Part shown: positions 61,491-64,000 of the stretch, piece after piece
Position numbering within the stretch: the first letter of the stretch is position 1
Layout of the letters: each line of letters opens with the position of its first letter
NCBI GenBank assembly: GCA_038087875.1
Contig: CM075978.1
Span: 175,274,001 to 175,338,000, forward strand
Direction of reading: 5' to 3'
DNA length: 64,000 nucleotides
Source: Malacoraja senta
Taxonomy: Eukaryota
Notes under the pieces: model-generated
Told to the model about the DNA's origin: nothing
Seen by the model: only the letters and a program-made list of their open reading frames with translations
The model's database searches: none
Made by a program: the position numbers and the translations under genes

Positions 61491-62547
61491 GGTTAATGTT
61501 CAGGCATGTGTCCCATTCTTTTCTGTCAGCCTGTGGGGCTGCTTTTGTCCTCTGATACTCTCCTGACACTGCAAGCTCCCGGCTCATTCGTGCTGAGTCA
61601 CGCTCCCTCAGCAGCTTTGCCCGGCCCACCCCCCTGCTCAGGCTCCTCCCTGCTCCTGAAGCCTATGTTAACTCCAGCGACTGTCACGACTCCCGGGAGT
61701 GAGCAGTGTGGTGCCAGACTGTGAGCTGGGGAGCCCAGCCTTATGCACAGTAGCTGTCTCGGTGCCCGGCCCCAGCAGGTAAGGTCTTGATCTGCCTAGC
61801 ATCCAGCTACAACATCACCCTTTCCCACCGGAATGTTGAAGGGTAGAGGGGAGGTGTTGTCAGTCCTCGCCCCCTACAGGAGCCACTGGGTGGTGATTGG
61901 GAAACAATACCGCCTCCTATAACACCTCCCACCCACCAAGGCATCTCCACAGAACCCCTGTGAAAACTGGGGTCCAGCGGAGACCCATGAACCCCTGACC
62001 TGAAGAATCAGGGTGGAAGGGAGCTTTGGAATGACGTGCAGGGTAAGAGCTACCCTTCTAACATGACTCAGCTGTCTCCACCACTGTGCTCCCAGGAGAA
62101 TGAGCAAGGATGAGATAGCCACAGTTCTGTGGGATCCCCGGCACTTGCTCTCCATCGTTTCTCCACGGGCCCCCGAGGTTGTGGGCAGCCACAGCTAAGG
62201 CTCAGTAAGAAGGTTTCAAACCAACTGCTGTGTGTTGGCACAACAGGCTGAGCTGCAGTCAGCTGAGGAATGGAGCCAAGGGCCCTCACATTAGGGTTGA
62301 TAACTTTGCTCTTCCCACCCTTCCCTGGTGGGTTAATCCACATTCTTGGCTCTCGGTGGGGAAGGGCTTGGCAGTCCTGAAGGACCTGTGCATGTCATGT
62401 CTGTGCGTCAGCTGCTTTGCCTCCAGGTTCTTTCTGTCCACCATGTACTCTGCAGTTCACAGGTTCTTTACCTTCAGGAATCTATGGAGATGTTCCTCTT
62501 CCTTTGAAATTCATGATTACTTTGCTGCTGTACTCCCTGGTTCAAAG

Positions 62548-62700
62548 AAACATAGAAACTAGGTGCAGGAGTAGGCCATTCGGCCCTTCGAGCTAGCACC
62601 ACCATTCAATATGATCATGGCTGATCATCCAAAATTGGTACCCGTTCCTGCTTTTTCCCCATATCCCTTGATCCCGTTAGCCCTAAGAGCTAATTCTAAC
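62548..62700 (-). mobile_element. CR1 3' end
   Basis: aaacatagaaac tail and reversed UTR. Confidence 0.85.
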
Positions 62701-63009
62701 TCCCGAAGTCCCAACTACTGTGGTCGATGCCCTGACCAAGGAAGGCAAGAACACCAAACGCCTTCCCCCCCCATACTGTCTTCCTGTTTCACCGCTTTCA
62801 AGGAACTATCTACCTGTACCCACTGGTCTCTTACTCTGTTTGGGTAACAAAGTTTTACCCTGACTGAATTCACAAATAACTACCAAAATATCTGAGACAT
62901 GGAATATAAATTGGCTGCCAAGGAATTTATGTGTCAACTTTTGTTGTATTTTCAGTTCACATTTCTTGATGCATGGTATGGGTTCGCATTATGGAAAGTC
63001 ACAACAAGG

Positions 63010-63300
63010 CACGGGCAGCCCAGTGGTGCAGCGGTAGCATTGCTGCCTTACAGCATCAGAGACCCAGGTTCGATCCCGACTATGGGTGATGTCTGTGCAG
63101 AGTTTGTACTTTCTCCCTGTGACCTGTGTGGGGTTTCTCTGGGTGCTCAGGTTTTGTCCCACATTCCAAAGATGTGCAGATTTGTAGGTTATTTAGCTTC
63201 TGTAAATTGTTACGAGTGTGTAGAATGGAACTAGTGTATGGGTGCTCACTGGTCAGCGTGGACATGGTGGACCGAGGGGCCTGTTTCCACGATATATGCA
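63010..63300 (+). mobile_element. HE1-type V-SINE
   Basis: ggtgcagcggtagc..ccaggttcgatccc head, body and CR1-like tail. Confidence 0.85.
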
Positions 63301-63629
63301 TCCCTTCTGCCCCATAACATGTGGTTTGCTTGTATTAAGAAATAAGAATGGGGACAGGGTTTACAAGGTAAATGGTACAATTTTAAAGGTGTCCAGGCAG
63401 AGTGCACAGGTCCAAGTTTCAGAATACGTGTTGGGCTGAAGGGCCTGTTTACGCGCTGTAGAAAGTGGAAATTAATCTGAATAATTCACTTTACAATATT
63501 TGGTTTCTGCCGAAAGACAAAAGACATGGACATAATTTCTAATTATTAATCAGATTAGACTTTCAGCTGCGACTGGCAAAGTTGGTGCTTTACAGAAGGA
63601 GATGGGAGAATTTATAATTGAGAAGGGAC

Positions 63630-63912
63630 GGAACAGTGATGCAATGGTAGAGTTGTTGCCTTACAGCACTAGAGACCCAGGTTAGATGATGATTACGGGT
63701 GCTGTCTGTACGGAGTTTGTACGTTCTCCTGTGACTGGGTGTATTTTCTCTGGGTGCTCTGATTTCCTCCCAAACTCCAAAGACATATAGGTTTGTAAGT
63801 TCATTGGCTTTGGTAAGTTGGAAAATTGTCCCTCATGTGTATAGGCTAGTTTAAAGGGTGATCACTGGTCAGTGTGGAGTCAGTGGGTCTGTTTGCGCAT
63901 TGTATTTCTAAA
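63630..63912 (+). mobile_element. HE1-type V-SINE
   Basis: Head ..gcaatggtagagttgttgccttacagc.., body, and tail tgtatttctaaa. Confidence 0.8.
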
Positions 63913-64000
63913 GGAAGAAGAAAAAGGCAGAGAAATTAAACAATTGCATTGTGTTTGTCTTCATGGAAGAAACCGCAAAAGATCTGTAAGAAACACCAAT

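Noticed and set aside
1-64000. CRISPR arrays, rRNA or prokaryotic systems
   Set aside because: No repeat-spacer arrays or rRNA-like sequence; all features are eukaryotic (spliceosomal introns, LINEs and SINEs).

Overview
Repeat-dense vertebrate genomic DNA, inferred to be a cartilaginous fish (probably a skate/ray) from its HE1-type V-SINEs, abundant CR1 LINEs and Penelope-like repeats. It has three N gaps. The only host gene I can support with confidence is on the minus strand at about 2-6.5 kb. It is a non-rearranging Ig-superfamily receptor with a germline-joined V(J)-type exon (6189-6500) spliced in phase 1 to a C1-set exon (3447-3749); its leader and its transmembrane/cytoplasmic exons are not resolved. 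The rest of the window is mostly decayed CR1/L3 LINEs of several ages, one young Rex1/Babar RT fragment, V-SINEs, and Penelope-like fragments whose terminal repeats carry minimal hammerhead-ribozyme motifs in palindromic and tandem layouts. DNA transposons include a 1.9-kb Harbinger-type element with TIRs, an ATT TSD and spliced internal cargo, a hAT MITE with a perfect 8-bp TSD, and a Helitron-like end. A roughly 5-kb unit is tandemly triplicated at 40-52 kb and contains an unusually conserved exon-like block. No rRNA, true tRNA or CRISPR was found. Boundaries of old repeats are estimates read by eye.
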